From NCBI GenBank assembly GCA_040752415.1, contig JBFMGU010000254.1:1-15394 (forward strand): a stretch of DNA of 15,394 nt, given 5' to 3'. Below the pieces are notes generated by a model. The model was not told where the DNA came from and did no database searches. It saw only the letters and a list, made by a program, of their open reading frames with translations. Below are positions 6,872 to 15,357 of the stretch, piece by piece; within the stretch, counting starts at the first letter, position 1, and each line of letters begins with the position of its first letter. The position numbers and the translations under genes are program-made. The DNA comes from Myxococcota bacterium (GTDB lineage: Bacteria > Myxococcota > JACRCW01).

Positions 6872-8053
6872 TCAACGCCAGTGTCGCTTCGTCGGCGCGG
6901 GACACTCCGCGTCAATCTCGCCCGGCTTCCTCCGCTTCGCGGCGACACACGTTTCCCACGCTTTCTGCTCCTCCGGCCGCAGCGTCATGTACGCGCGGTT
7001 GCGACGATAGAGCTCCAGCCGGTACTCGAACTCCGACACATCCGCTGAGTCCGACGACAATCCCTTGACGGCGCGCTCCTGGAAGCTTCGTGCCCGCTCG
7101 AAGTCGCCGCGACGCGCATAGGCCGCTGCGCACGTGTCGAGATAATTCGCATCCGTGGTCTGGGTGCACAGCTCATCCGCCAGCCTGGCCGCTCCCTCAC
7201 CGTCCAGCACACCGGGTTGTGGCGACGTCGCCATGAGCCACGCGGCTTTGTTCAGCACCGGTAGGCTGCGATAGCCCAGCGCCAACGCCTTCCTGTACTC
7301 CGCCAGCGCCTCGGCGTGACGATGGTTGACCCCCCACGTCTGCGCGACGAGCGCACGTGTGTAACCGTTGAACTGCGCAACGGTCACCAGGCTCCCGTTG
7401 TCGTAGGAGCGCGTGGTGCCGGACATGGGTTCCCATACAATCCGTTCCGCGCCCAGGTTCCATCGGATGTACTGGTGTCCCACGTCGCCAAAGCCCGGGA
7501 CCTCCATGAACTCCAGCGGCCACCCCAGCACTTCCCCGACGGCAAGGTAGATGAACGAATAGGTGTCGCAGTCCGCGAAGTACCAGGTTGCATCAGCGCG
7601 ACTCCTGACGGTCCGGTTCTTGTTCTCCACGGTCCGCGCCACGCGTTCCAGGTGCTCCGCGTCCACGCGGTGAGGCGTCAGCGCTTCCGAGAGATGCTCC
7701 ACGTATCCCCACGGCGGATAGACAAAACCGCGCTGCGCGAGCACGTCCTCGACGGACTTGAGCGCCTGCATGGCGTCTTCACGCTTCGCGACATTGGCGC
7801 TGCCCGCGCGCTTGCGGACGTCGTCGACGATGTCATCCAGCAGGCCATACATCGCCGGTGCTACCCGCCCGGTCGGCGCCTCCAGGTCCAGGAGGCGGTG
7901 CGCCACGGTGTCGTGACGGCTCGTCCTTCCCGCGGGTCGGGGAACATCCGCGAGTCGACGCTCGGTGCTCAGGCCGCTCCGTTCCTCTGGCACGCTTGCG
8001 TGCAAGAGTCCGGTCATCAGGATCATCGTCGGTGCGAGGGGCCAGCTTCGCAT
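6872..8053 (-). CDS. Transglutaminase-like (SirB1/Transglut_core2-type) domain protein with C-terminal TPR module
   Basis: ADCDTYSFIYLAVGEVLGWPL...VPG...GHQYIRW...WEP (Cys/His/Glu pattern). TPR-like LNKAAWLMATSP...YLDTCAAAYARRGDFERA. ATG 8053 has GAGG upstream and lies 10 nt after the GT4 stop. Confidence 0.75.
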   Translation of the reverse strand: MRSWPLAPTMILMTGLLHASVPEERSGLSTERRLADVPRPAGRTSRHDTVAHRLLDLEAPTGRVAPAMYGLLDDIVDDVRKRAGSANVAKREDAMQALKSVEDVLAQRGFVYPPWGYVEHLSEALTPHRVDAEHLERVARTVENKNRTVRSRADATWYFADCDTYSFIYLAVGEVLGWPLEFMEVPGFGDVGHQYIRWNLGAERIVWEPMSGTTRSYDNGSLVTVAQFNGYTRALVAQTWGVNHRHAEALAEYRKALALGYRSLPVLNKAAWLMATSPQPGVLDGEGAARLADELCTQTTDANYLDTCAAAYARRGDFERARSFQERAVKGLSSDSADVSEFEYRLELYRRNRAYMTLRPEEQKAWETCVAAKRRKPGEIDAECPAPTKRHWR

Positions 8054-8063
8054 GAGGACCTCG

Positions 8064-9116
8064 TCAGCCCGCGCGCGCGTCGGCGTAGGCTTGCAGGAAC
8101 CGCTCCACCACCACGTCGTGACGGAAGTGCCTGGCCCAGCGCTCCCGTCCGGCTCGACCCAGGCGTTCGCGCAGTTTGGCGTCGTGAGAGAGGCGCAGCA
8201 TGGCGTTGCGCAGCGCATCGGGATCTTCCGGCGGCACCAGCAGGCCGGTTTCCTCGTGGAGCACCACCTCGTCGGTCCCGCCCACCGCGGTGGCCACCAC
8301 GGGCCGTGCGCTCGCCATGGCTTCCATGACCACCAGCGGCATGCCCTCCGAGCGCGAGGGGAGCACGAGAAATGAGGCGTTGCTGAGCGCGGTGAGCGGA
8401 TTCGCAGTGGGGCCGGGCATGTTCGCGCGTTGCTCCACGCCCAGCTCCCTCGCCATCGCTCGCAGGCGCGCCTCCTCAGGGCCCGCGCCACGGATGTCGA
8501 CGACGAGGTCGGTGTCCACGAGTGCGCGCAGCAGGACATCCAGGCCCTTCTGGTGGGCGAAGCGGCCCAGGAAGAGCGGCCGTGCACCGGGCGGCTCCGG
8601 GACGGGCGGCGCCTCCACCTCCACCGTGTTGGGAATGACTCGCATGGTTGCTGCGCTGCCTGGCACCGCACGCGACCACGACGCTGCCGCGGCGCGACTC
8701 GCCGCCACCCACTGCACATGCGGGCCACTCCCCGACGCCAACAACGCGCACACCGCGGGCGGCGGCGTGTCCGTGACCTGGATGCCGTAGACCCGGGGTT
8801 GCTCGGGCGACGTTGCCAGGTGCACTGCCGCGCAGCCGCTGGCGAGCCACGCGTGGATGACGTCGGCGGAGCGCTTGCGGAGGTGCGCGCTCAGCACGGA
8901 CACCGTGGAGACCAGGCCAACCCCGGGCGTCTCCGGTGCCCCCAGCGCGTTGCAGGGAATCCCCGAGGAGAGCAGTGGGGCCGCGGCCAGCCCCAGCTGC
9001 TTCAGCGCCACCACCTCCACGCGATGTCCCCGACGAGCCGACGCATGCGCGAGCCCGACGAGCGCCGTCTCCGCTCCGCCCAGACGCAGGTCGGTGATGA
9101 CGTGGACAATGCGCAT
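8064..9116 (-). CDS. Glycosyltransferase family 4 (GT-B fold)
   Basis: MRIVHVITDLRLGGAE N-terminus, LFLGRFAHQKG, and the EX7E motif in PSRSEGMPLVVMEAMASARPVVATAVGG. Start abuts the asnB stop; GTG 9122 is an alternative. Confidence 0.93.
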   Translation of the reverse strand: MRIVHVITDLRLGGAETALVGLAHASARRGHRVEVVALKQLGLAAAPLLSSGIPCNALGAPETPGVGLVSTVSVLSAHLRKRSADVIHAWLASGCAAVHLATSPEQPRVYGIQVTDTPPPAVCALLASGSGPHVQWVAASRAAAASWSRAVPGSAATMRVIPNTVEVEAPPVPEPPGARPLFLGRFAHQKGLDVLLRALVDTDLVVDIRGAGPEEARLRAMARELGVEQRANMPGPTANPLTALSNASFLVLPSRSEGMPLVVMEAMASARPVVATAVGGTDEVVLHEETGLLVPPEDPDALRNAMLRLSHDAKLRERLGRAGRERWARHFRHDVVVERFLQAYADARAG

Positions 9117-9118
9117 GG

Positions 9119-11056
9119 TCACCGCCCGGGCCGCGCGCGGAGCCACATCTCCAGTGCGCAGAGCGCGAAGAGGAGCGGCCCGTGGTCTTCGCCGTCGTCG
9201 TGAGCGCGCTCCACCTGGGTCAGCGCGTGGGCGGGAAGGAGGTCGCGGCTGGCAAGGCTGCCCAGCGCGTCCCGTCGCCACCCGGCGAGTGGACCGGAGA
9301 GCCAGCGCGAGAGTGGCAACGAGAATCCCCGCTTGGGCGCGTTTGCCACGGCGTCACCCAGGCGTTCCGCCAGGAGCGCGCGCAACACCCGCTTCCCCTC
9401 CGTCCGACGACGCAGCGCCTCGGTTGGGAGCCCCGCCGCGGCTTCTCCCACCACGTCGCTGAGCAACGGCACGCGCGCCTCCAGCGCCACACCCATGCTC
9501 GCGCGGTCGACCTTGGTGAGGATGTCGTCGTGGAGGTGGCCGCGCAGGTCCATGGCCTGGGCCAGTGAGAGTGGGTCAGCCACTTCATAGCCTGCCGCCA
9601 GGCGGCGCAGGTGATCCTCCACCGGATCCGTCGACGAGAATGCGCTCAACTCCTCGGGCAGCCCCGCGCGGAAGAGCCGCCCGTACTCCAGGGGCGCGGG
9701 TTCGCCCAACCCACGCGCGGCTGCGCGCAGCTTCCGTTCCGGCGCCGTCAGCGGTGGCAGACCGAGTGACGACGGAGCACTGCGATACGCGCGCAGCAGG
9801 ACCTCGGAAGGCGCCTCCGCCGCAAGCCGCACCGCCGACGAGAACGCACTGCCCAGCTTGCGCAGGTGCGCCAGGGCGCCATGCAGGTGATGTCTTGAAT
9901 AGCCGCCAAACAGCTCGTCGCCTCCGTCGCCACTCAGTGCCACCTTGACGTGTTCCCGGGCCAGCTCCGCGCACAATCTCGTCGGGAGGATGGAGGGGTC
10001 GGCCAATGGCTCGTCCAGGGCGCCCAGGATCCCGGGCAGTCGTCGCAGCGCGTCTTCCGCCTGGACCTTGCGCACGTGATGCCGCACGCCCAGCGCCCGC
10101 GCGACGTGCGTGGCCGCCTCGCTCTCGTCGAGCAGCGGGTCATCCAGCGCCATGGTGAACGCCTGCACCGGCGCGTGTTGCGCGTCGACCATGGCGGCGG
10201 TGACCAACGCGCTGTCCACGCCGCCGCTCAGGAACGTGCCCACTTCCACGTCGGAGACCAGGTGCTCGCGTACCGCGGTATCCAACGCGTCGCGCACGGC
10301 GCGGGTGTCGTCGTCATTCCAGGTGCGCGCCGGTCGGCGCACCGGGGGCAGGGGCGGCTCACGCAGGTCCACGCGCTCCCGCCCGCCCACGTGGATGCGC
10401 AGACACTCGCCCGGCATCAGCTTGTGCGCGTTGGAGAAGATCGTGTGTGGGGCGGGCACGTAGCCCAGCGCCAGGTACTTCATGACGGATGGCGGATGGA
10501 CCTCCCCGACGACACCGGCGGCCTCCAACGCGCTGAGCTCACTCGCAAACGCCACCCCCTGGCCCAGGGGAGCGTAACAGAGCGGCTTGATGCCAAACGC
10601 ATCCCGACACAGCAGCAGCTCCTCCCGCCGGAGATCCAGCAGCGCGAACGCGTACATGCCGCGCATGCGCCGGAAGAAGGAGACGCCGTGCTCCTCGTAG
10701 CCGTGCAGGATCACTTCCGCGTCGCAGCGGCTGCGGAAGATGTGGCCCGAGAGCTCCGCACGCAGCGCGGCGTGGTTGTAGATCTCGCCGTTGAAGGTGA
10801 GCCACAGCGTGCGGTCCTCGTTGGCCATGGGCTCCGCACCGTCGGGAGAGAGGTCGACGATGGCGAGCCGGAGATGCCCCAGCGCGGCTTCAACCCTCTC
10901 AGCGCGCTCCGTCGTCACCAGAGCGTCCTCGTGACGGACCACGTGGAGCACGCCATCCCCGTCGGGGCCGCGGTGCCGCAGGCGGTCCATCATGCGCGTG
11001 AGCGTGGACGCGGGCTGGGACGAGCCAGGCGTGAAGAAACCGGCAATGCCGCACAT
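9119..11056 (-). CDS. asnB: Asparagine synthase (glutamine-hydrolysing) family amidotransferase
   Basis: MCGIAG N-terminal nucleophile, HRGPD, FNGEIYN, LSGGVDS PP-loop, SGDGGDELFGGY, KVDRASM...LEARVP and PKRGF. Confidence 0.96.
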   Translation of the reverse strand: MCGIAGFFTPGSSQPASTLTRMMDRLRHRGPDGDGVLHVVRHEDALVTTERAERVEAALGHLRLAIVDLSPDGAEPMANEDRTLWLTFNGEIYNHAALRAELSGHIFRSRCDAEVILHGYEEHGVSFFRRMRGMYAFALLDLRREELLLCRDAFGIKPLCYAPLGQGVAFASELSALEAAGVVGEVHPPSVMKYLALGYVPAPHTIFSNAHKLMPGECLRIHVGGRERVDLREPPLPPVRRPARTWNDDDTRAVRDALDTAVREHLVSDVEVGTFLSGGVDSALVTAAMVDAQHAPVQAFTMALDDPLLDESEAATHVARALGVRHHVRKVQAEDALRRLPGILGALDEPLADPSILPTRLCAELAREHVKVALSGDGGDELFGGYSRHHLHGALAHLRKLGSAFSSAVRLAAEAPSEVLLRAYRSAPSSLGLPPLTAPERKLRAAARGLGEPAPLEYGRLFRAGLPEELSAFSSTDPVEDHLRRLAAGYEVADPLSLAQAMDLRGHLHDDILTKVDRASMGVALEARVPLLSDVVGEAAAGLPTEALRRRTEGKRVLRALLAERLGDAVANAPKRGFSLPLSRWLSGPLAGWRRDALGSLASRDLLPAHALTQVERAHDDGEDHGPLLFALCALEMWLRARPGR

Positions 11057-11065
11057 GAGGGGAAC

Positions 11066-11094
11066 AGGATGCGACCAACGCGCTCCGTCGTCAA
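11066..11094 (-). promoter_or_regulatory. Candidate sigma70-type promoter for asnB (TTGACG-17 nt-CATCCT)
   Basis: On the minus strand, -35 TTGACG at 11094-11089, a 17-nt spacer, and -10-like CATCCT at 11071-11066, ending 9 nt before the ATG. No Shine-Dalgarno in those 9 nt. Confidence 0.45.
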
Positions 11095-11106
11095 AGTCCC
11101 GGTTGG

Positions 11107-11898
11107 TCAGCCGTACAGGAAGCGCAGCGCCTTGGGCAGGCGGGCGCGCCAGTGTCGCTCATTGTGCGCGCCGCGCTTCACCGGCCGCCACATCAGCTCC
11201 TGGTCGTTGTAGCCCTTGGCGCGCAGGATCCCGGCGAGCTGATCACCCATGCGCAGCAGCGTCCCGCGCATCTCGTTGCCACCGCCGTCGACGTAGACCT
11301 TGGTGCGCCACGGCTTGGGCTGACTCTCGACGAACCGGAAGATCGACCCGCGGCCGAGGAACAGGCTGGGGCTCATGGCCATGCAACCGCCAAAGGCCTG
11401 CGGATGACGGAAGTGCGCGTACAGGCTCGCCAGCCCACCCAGCGACGAGCCCCCCACGTACGTGAACTCAGGCTCACGCTTGAGCCGGTAGGTGTCGTGC
11501 AGCAGCTTGAGCAGGTTGCGCGTCACCCAGTCCAGCAACGGGTCCAGCAGCGGTTCTCCGTTGGTGTAGTACGGGGCCAGCTCGCGGATGCGCAGCCCGC
11601 CGCCGTGATCGATGGCTGCCACCACCGGGACCTGCTTGCGTCGCGCCGCGCGACGATCCAGCGCCTCATGCAGGTGCCACCCGCCGGCGAAGGAAGGCCC
11701 GTCGTCGTAGACGTTCTGTCCGTCCCACATCACGAGCAGCGGATGGAGGTCGGTCTTCTCGTGGTAGCCGGGCGGAAGGTACAGGCGCACCAGGCGTGAT
11801 CCGACGTGGGGAATGTCAAAGGGCCCCAGCTGCTGGAGCTGGCCCTTGCGGGAGGGTGTGCGACGACGTCTCGGGGTGGTGACGGTGGCAGGCATCAT
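11107..11898 (-). CDS. Alpha/beta hydrolase, putative esterase family
   Basis: LYLPPGY, PLLVMWDGQN, nucleophile elbow GGSSLGG, AMSPS and His in GAHNERHWRARLP. Start at ATG 11898 or 11895; the ORF-track extension overlaps the cyclase gene. Confidence 0.92.
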   Translation of the reverse strand: MMPATVTTPRRRRTPSRKGQLQQLGPFDIPHVGSRLVRLYLPPGYHEKTDLHPLLVMWDGQNVYDDGPSFAGGWHLHEALDRRAARRKQVPVVAAIDHGGGLRIRELAPYYTNGEPLLDPLLDWVTRNLLKLLHDTYRLKREPEFTYVGGSSLGGLASLYAHFRHPQAFGGCMAMSPSLFLGRGSIFRFVESQPKPWRTKVYVDGGGNEMRGTLLRMGDQLAGILRAKGYNDQELMWRPVKRGAHNERHWRARLPKALRFLYG

Positions 11899-12042
11899 GG
11901 CGGCCCTATCTATTCGCTGCGTACCGCCCGCGCCGGTGGGCATGTCAACCGTCCCGGATCCGCGCGAGAGTTCGGGCCCGCGGCGCAAAGTTCTCCTGGC
12001 GGCCTCCGCCGCGCTACCGTGCGTCCCTGGCGAGGAGGCGCG

Positions 12043-13887
12043 GTGGGTCAGGCAAAGGTCCAGCAGTGGGTGGTGGAGTGCGTGGCGGCGGGCATGCCGC
12101 CGGTGCGCGCCCGCGTGGGACCAGGCGACTACCTGCTGGGACGCGACCCGGGTTGCCACTTCACGCTCGACGGGAAACGCGTCAGTCGTCGTCACGCGTG
12201 CCTGCACGTGGGCACGGATGGCGACGTCAGCGTGGAGGACCAGGGCAGCTTCAACGGCACGCTCATCAACGGGACGCGCGTGCAGCGCAGTGTCCTGCGC
12301 GGCAAGGAGAAGCTCACGCTCGGCGAGTGGAGCGTCGACGTGCGGGTGGCCACCGACGCGGATGACAAGCTGCCCCTGGTTTCCGCCACGGAGGGCAACG
12401 CGGGCCCGCTCGCGCAGGACCCGGTGACGTCGTCACTTCCGCGCCCGCCGGGCGCCTCCGGACCGCCGGCGCGCAACACCGGTCCCATGAACCTGCCCGC
12501 GGCGGCGCGTCGCAACAGCGGCGTGCTGGAACGTCCGGACGTGCAATGGTCCCAGCAGAAGACGGTGGCCTCGGAACAGCTGCGGGAACGCTCCGTCAGC
12601 GACAGCGCGCTCTACCGTCGACTCACCCAGCACGGCACGCAGCTCACCGTGGCTGCCGTCGACGACGCCCGGACGCTGGCCGCGCTGGCCAAGAACCAGG
12701 ATGCCACGCAGGAGCTGGCGCTGCGCCTGGTCTACAAGGTGGCGGCGGAGCTGGGTGAGGCGCAGGGAGAGCAGGACTTCCTCCGCGCCATGGCGGATAC
12801 GCTCCTGCAGGCCACGCGGGCGCAGACCGTCTCCATGTTGATGACGCCGGAGGGCGCTCCCGCCGACGTGGGCTCACTCACGCCCATGGCGGTGCAGCAT
12901 CACAAGGACAGCACGCCTCCCAGTGGCTTTTCGCGCAGCGTCGTCGAGCAGGCGTTGCGCAAGCGCATGGCGGTGGCCACCGAGAACGCGCAGGCGGATG
13001 AGCGCTTCGCGGCCAACAAGTCCGTCCTCAGCCTGGACCTGCGCGCCGTGCTCGCGGTGCCCATGCTGCGCGCGGAGCAGTCCGTGGGTGTCATCTACAT
13101 GACGCGTCACGTGCCGTTCTCCGACGCGGAACAGGACCTCGCCGGTGCGCTGGGCCATCTCACCGCGCTGGGCGTGGACCGCGCGCGACTGAAGCAGAAG
13201 GTGGCGCAACAGGAGGCGTTGCGGCAGACGCTGGAGCGCTTCCACACGCCGGAGGTCGTCGAGAAGCTGATGGAGAAACGCGCCTCCTCCGACGGGAGCG
13301 CGCCGTTGCTCTTCCTGGAGACCATCCAGGCCTCCGTGCTGTTCTGCGACCTGTGCGGCTTCACCAGCTACGCGGAGAAGCACACCGCCGCCGAGGTGGG
13401 CGCGTTGCTCAACAGCTACCTCGCCGAGATGACCCGCGTGGTCTACGAGCACCGCGGCACCGTCGACAAATACATTGGTGACGCCGTCATGGCCGTGTTT
13501 GGCGCGCCGTTCCCCGCGGAGGATGACCCGGTGCGCGCCGCGCGTTGCGCCCTGGCCATGCAGCAGGCCTTTGCCGCGCTCATGCAGGCCCGCCCGTCCG
13601 ACGAGCAGCTCAAGCTGCGCATCGGCATCAACACCGGGCAGGTGGTGGCCGGGACGGTGGGGAGCCCGTTGCGCATGGAGTACACGTGCCTGGGCGACAC
13701 CGTGAACGTGGCGCAGCGCCTGGAGTCGGTGGCGGCGCCGGGACAGGTCCTCGTGGGCAAGAGCACCGCGGAGGCCATTGCGGGTGTGATCCAGGTCGCA
13801 GCGCGTGGGGCCGCCAACCTCAAGGGCAAGAGCGGCGCGGTGGAGACCTACGAGATCCTGGGCGAGCAGCCCGCCGGAAAAACTTGA
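12043..13887 (+). CDS. FHA-GAF-class III adenylate cyclase
   Basis: FHA motifs LGRD, VSRRHA and GSFNGT. GAF segment SRSVVEQAL...NAQADERF...AVLAVPML. Cyclase motifs LFCDLCGFT, DKYIGDAVMAVFG, LRIGINTG and EYTCLGDTVNVAQRLES. In-frame GTG 12043 follows AGGAGG (12033-12038). Confidence 0.93.
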   Translation: MGQAKVQQWVVECVAAGMPPVRARVGPGDYLLGRDPGCHFTLDGKRVSRRHACLHVGTDGDVSVEDQGSFNGTLINGTRVQRSVLRGKEKLTLGEWSVDVRVATDADDKLPLVSATEGNAGPLAQDPVTSSLPRPPGASGPPARNTGPMNLPAAARRNSGVLERPDVQWSQQKTVASEQLRERSVSDSALYRRLTQHGTQLTVAAVDDARTLAALAKNQDATQELALRLVYKVAAELGEAQGEQDFLRAMADTLLQATRAQTVSMLMTPEGAPADVGSLTPMAVQHHKDSTPPSGFSRSVVEQALRKRMAVATENAQADERFAANKSVLSLDLRAVLAVPMLRAEQSVGVIYMTRHVPFSDAEQDLAGALGHLTALGVDRARLKQKVAQQEALRQTLERFHTPEVVEKLMEKRASSDGSAPLLFLETIQASVLFCDLCGFTSYAEKHTAAEVGALLNSYLAEMTRVVYEHRGTVDKYIGDAVMAVFGAPFPAEDDPVRAARCALAMQQAFAALMQARPSDEQLKLRIGINTGQVVAGTVGSPLRMEYTCLGDTVNVAQRLESVAAPGQVLVGKSTAEAIAGVIQVAARGAANLKGKSGAVETYEILGEQPAGKT

Positions 13888-14006
13888 TGGCGTCCGGACT
13901 TGAGGAATGATTTCCCATCTGCGGGGGGTGCGGTGTCAGTAGGGGTGTCGCAACCCCGACGCCCGGGGCGTGGTCCCCGGCGTTCCACCACCATGGAGAT
14001 GCAACC

Positions 14007-15341
14007 ATGTCCACCCGTCACTTCCGCACGTCGTTGACCGTCGCGGCCGTCCTCGCCGCCTTTGCCGCCTGCAGTGGCGGGGAGAACAGCAGCAGCTCCT
14101 CGTCCTCCACGAGCTCGTCGTCGGGCGCGGCGTCCGGCTCGTCGTCCAGCAGCTCCACGGGAGGAAGCAGCAGCGGTCAGGCCTCCAGCAGCGGCAGCGG
14201 AAGTGGCAGCAGCGGCTCGTCGGGAAGCGTCGACCAGGCGCGCCTGGAGCGGTACCGCCGTGAGCTGCCCCAGATGGGTTGGCTGGAAGCGCCGCAGCCG
14301 GATCCCGCGTCGCAGTCCTCCGGAGGTCAGCCGCTCGTGGGCGCGCCGGCGGAGTACCCGGAGCACGCCAAGCCCATTGTGCAGGGCATCAACGGCTCGG
14401 TGCGTTTCATCATCGAGACGCTGAAGGCCATCACCGACCAGCAGCCCACCGTCTACAACAGCGAGACGCTCGAGTTCGTCTGGGGCCCGCACGAAAACGA
14501 GGACTCCGCCGCGCCCGCGAATGACAAGTGGATGGTCTACGCCAAGGACGAGGGAACCGGCGCGGACTTCCGTTACACCTGGGCCATCCTGCGCGGCATT
14601 GGCAATGACACCGCCACCTACGCTCCGGTGATCTGGGGCGGCGCCAACCCCGACGCCGACGAGAGCAACGACGAGTACGGCAGCGGCGTCATCCTGTGGG
14701 ACTTCGAGGCCAACTTCGCGTGGGAGGAGGAGCACAACCCCGGTCACGGCGATCTCGACCGCGGCCGCTACATCACCCTCTACGCTCGCGGCCCGGACGA
14801 GCAGGACGCCACCAAGGTCAACACGTTCGTGGTGGCGGCGTTCCGCAACTTCATTCCCAGGGACAACCCCACCGCGCAGGCCGCGGACCTGGACTACCTG
14901 TACGGCCACGTGCAGGCCACCGACCACGGCTTCAGCTTCGTGGACTTCAACATCACCGGCGACATCCACACCCCCGCCACCGACGGCGGCACGCCGAGCA
15001 CGCTGCAGGAGACTCTGGGGCTGCGCCTGGCGTTCTTCAACAACGGCATCGGTCGCGGTGAAGCGCGCCTGACCGGTGGCGACGTGGAGGCCGAGGGCTG
15101 GACCGCCGGTGAGGGTGTGGAGTGCTGGGGTGACAACGTGGAGCGCCTGTACTTCGAGCTCAACGCGCAGGGCGGGGACGCCGGCACCGTGCAGGTGGCC
15201 AAGGAAGGCGAGCTCACCGACTGCCACGACGTCTTCGAGCAGAGCCTGGATGCGCTGAACATCCCAAGCCTGGCCGACGTTCCCGCCGAGATGATGGCGG
15301 CGCTGGACGCGGTGGCCACCAACGGCATCCCGCAGGAGTGA
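14007..15341 (+). CDS. Uncharacterised lipoprotein with a Ser/Gly-rich tether and an acidic beta-rich domain
   Basis: GGAG RBS, basic then hydrophobic signal with lipobox FAAC (Cys22 at 14070-14072), Ser/Gly tract 14088-14228, and strongly G/C-ending codons. Confidence 0.88.
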   Translation: MSTRHFRTSLTVAAVLAAFAACSGGENSSSSSSSTSSSSGAASGSSSSSSTGGSSSGQASSSGSGSGSSGSSGSVDQARLERYRRELPQMGWLEAPQPDPASQSSGGQPLVGAPAEYPEHAKPIVQGINGSVRFIIETLKAITDQQPTVYNSETLEFVWGPHENEDSAAPANDKWMVYAKDEGTGADFRYTWAILRGIGNDTATYAPVIWGGANPDADESNDEYGSGVILWDFEANFAWEEEHNPGHGDLDRGRYITLYARGPDEQDATKVNTFVVAAFRNFIPRDNPTAQAADLDYLYGHVQATDHGFSFVDFNITGDIHTPATDGGTPSTLQETLGLRLAFFNNGIGRGEARLTGGDVEAEGWTAGEGVECWGDNVERLYFELNAQGGDAGTVQVAKEGELTDCHDVFEQSLDALNIPSLADVPAEMMAALDAVATNGIPQE

Positions 15342-15357
15342 GCAAGGCATCACCACG

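Noticed and set aside
8054..8728. N-terminal extension of the transglutaminase-like ORF, suggesting a frameshift fusion with GT4
   Set aside because: The extension is an off-frame reading of the GT4 gene. GT4 ends normally at 8064 and the next gene has its own RBS and ATG at 8053.
6872..11056. Lasso peptide cluster (AsnB-like cyclase plus transglutaminase-like peptidase)
   Set aside because: The AsnB looks canonical with an intact MCGIAG glutaminase domain. The transglutaminase-like protein is a SirB1-type domain with TPRs rather than a small B2 peptidase. No PqqD/RRE gene or precursor peptide is evident.
11918..11948. Perfect TTGACA on the minus strand upstream of the esterase
   Set aside because: No acceptable -10 hexamer at 16-18 nt spacing, so it is not called as a promoter.
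11806..12207. Apparent long head-to-head overlap of the esterase and cyclase ORFs
   Set aside because: The better-supported starts (11898 and 12043) leave an ordinary divergent intergenic region of 144 nt.
13848..15356. 502-aa minus-strand ORF, and similar shadows at 5700-6905, 9950-11212 and 7316-8329
   Set aside because: All are antisense to well-supported genes and lack domain signatures.
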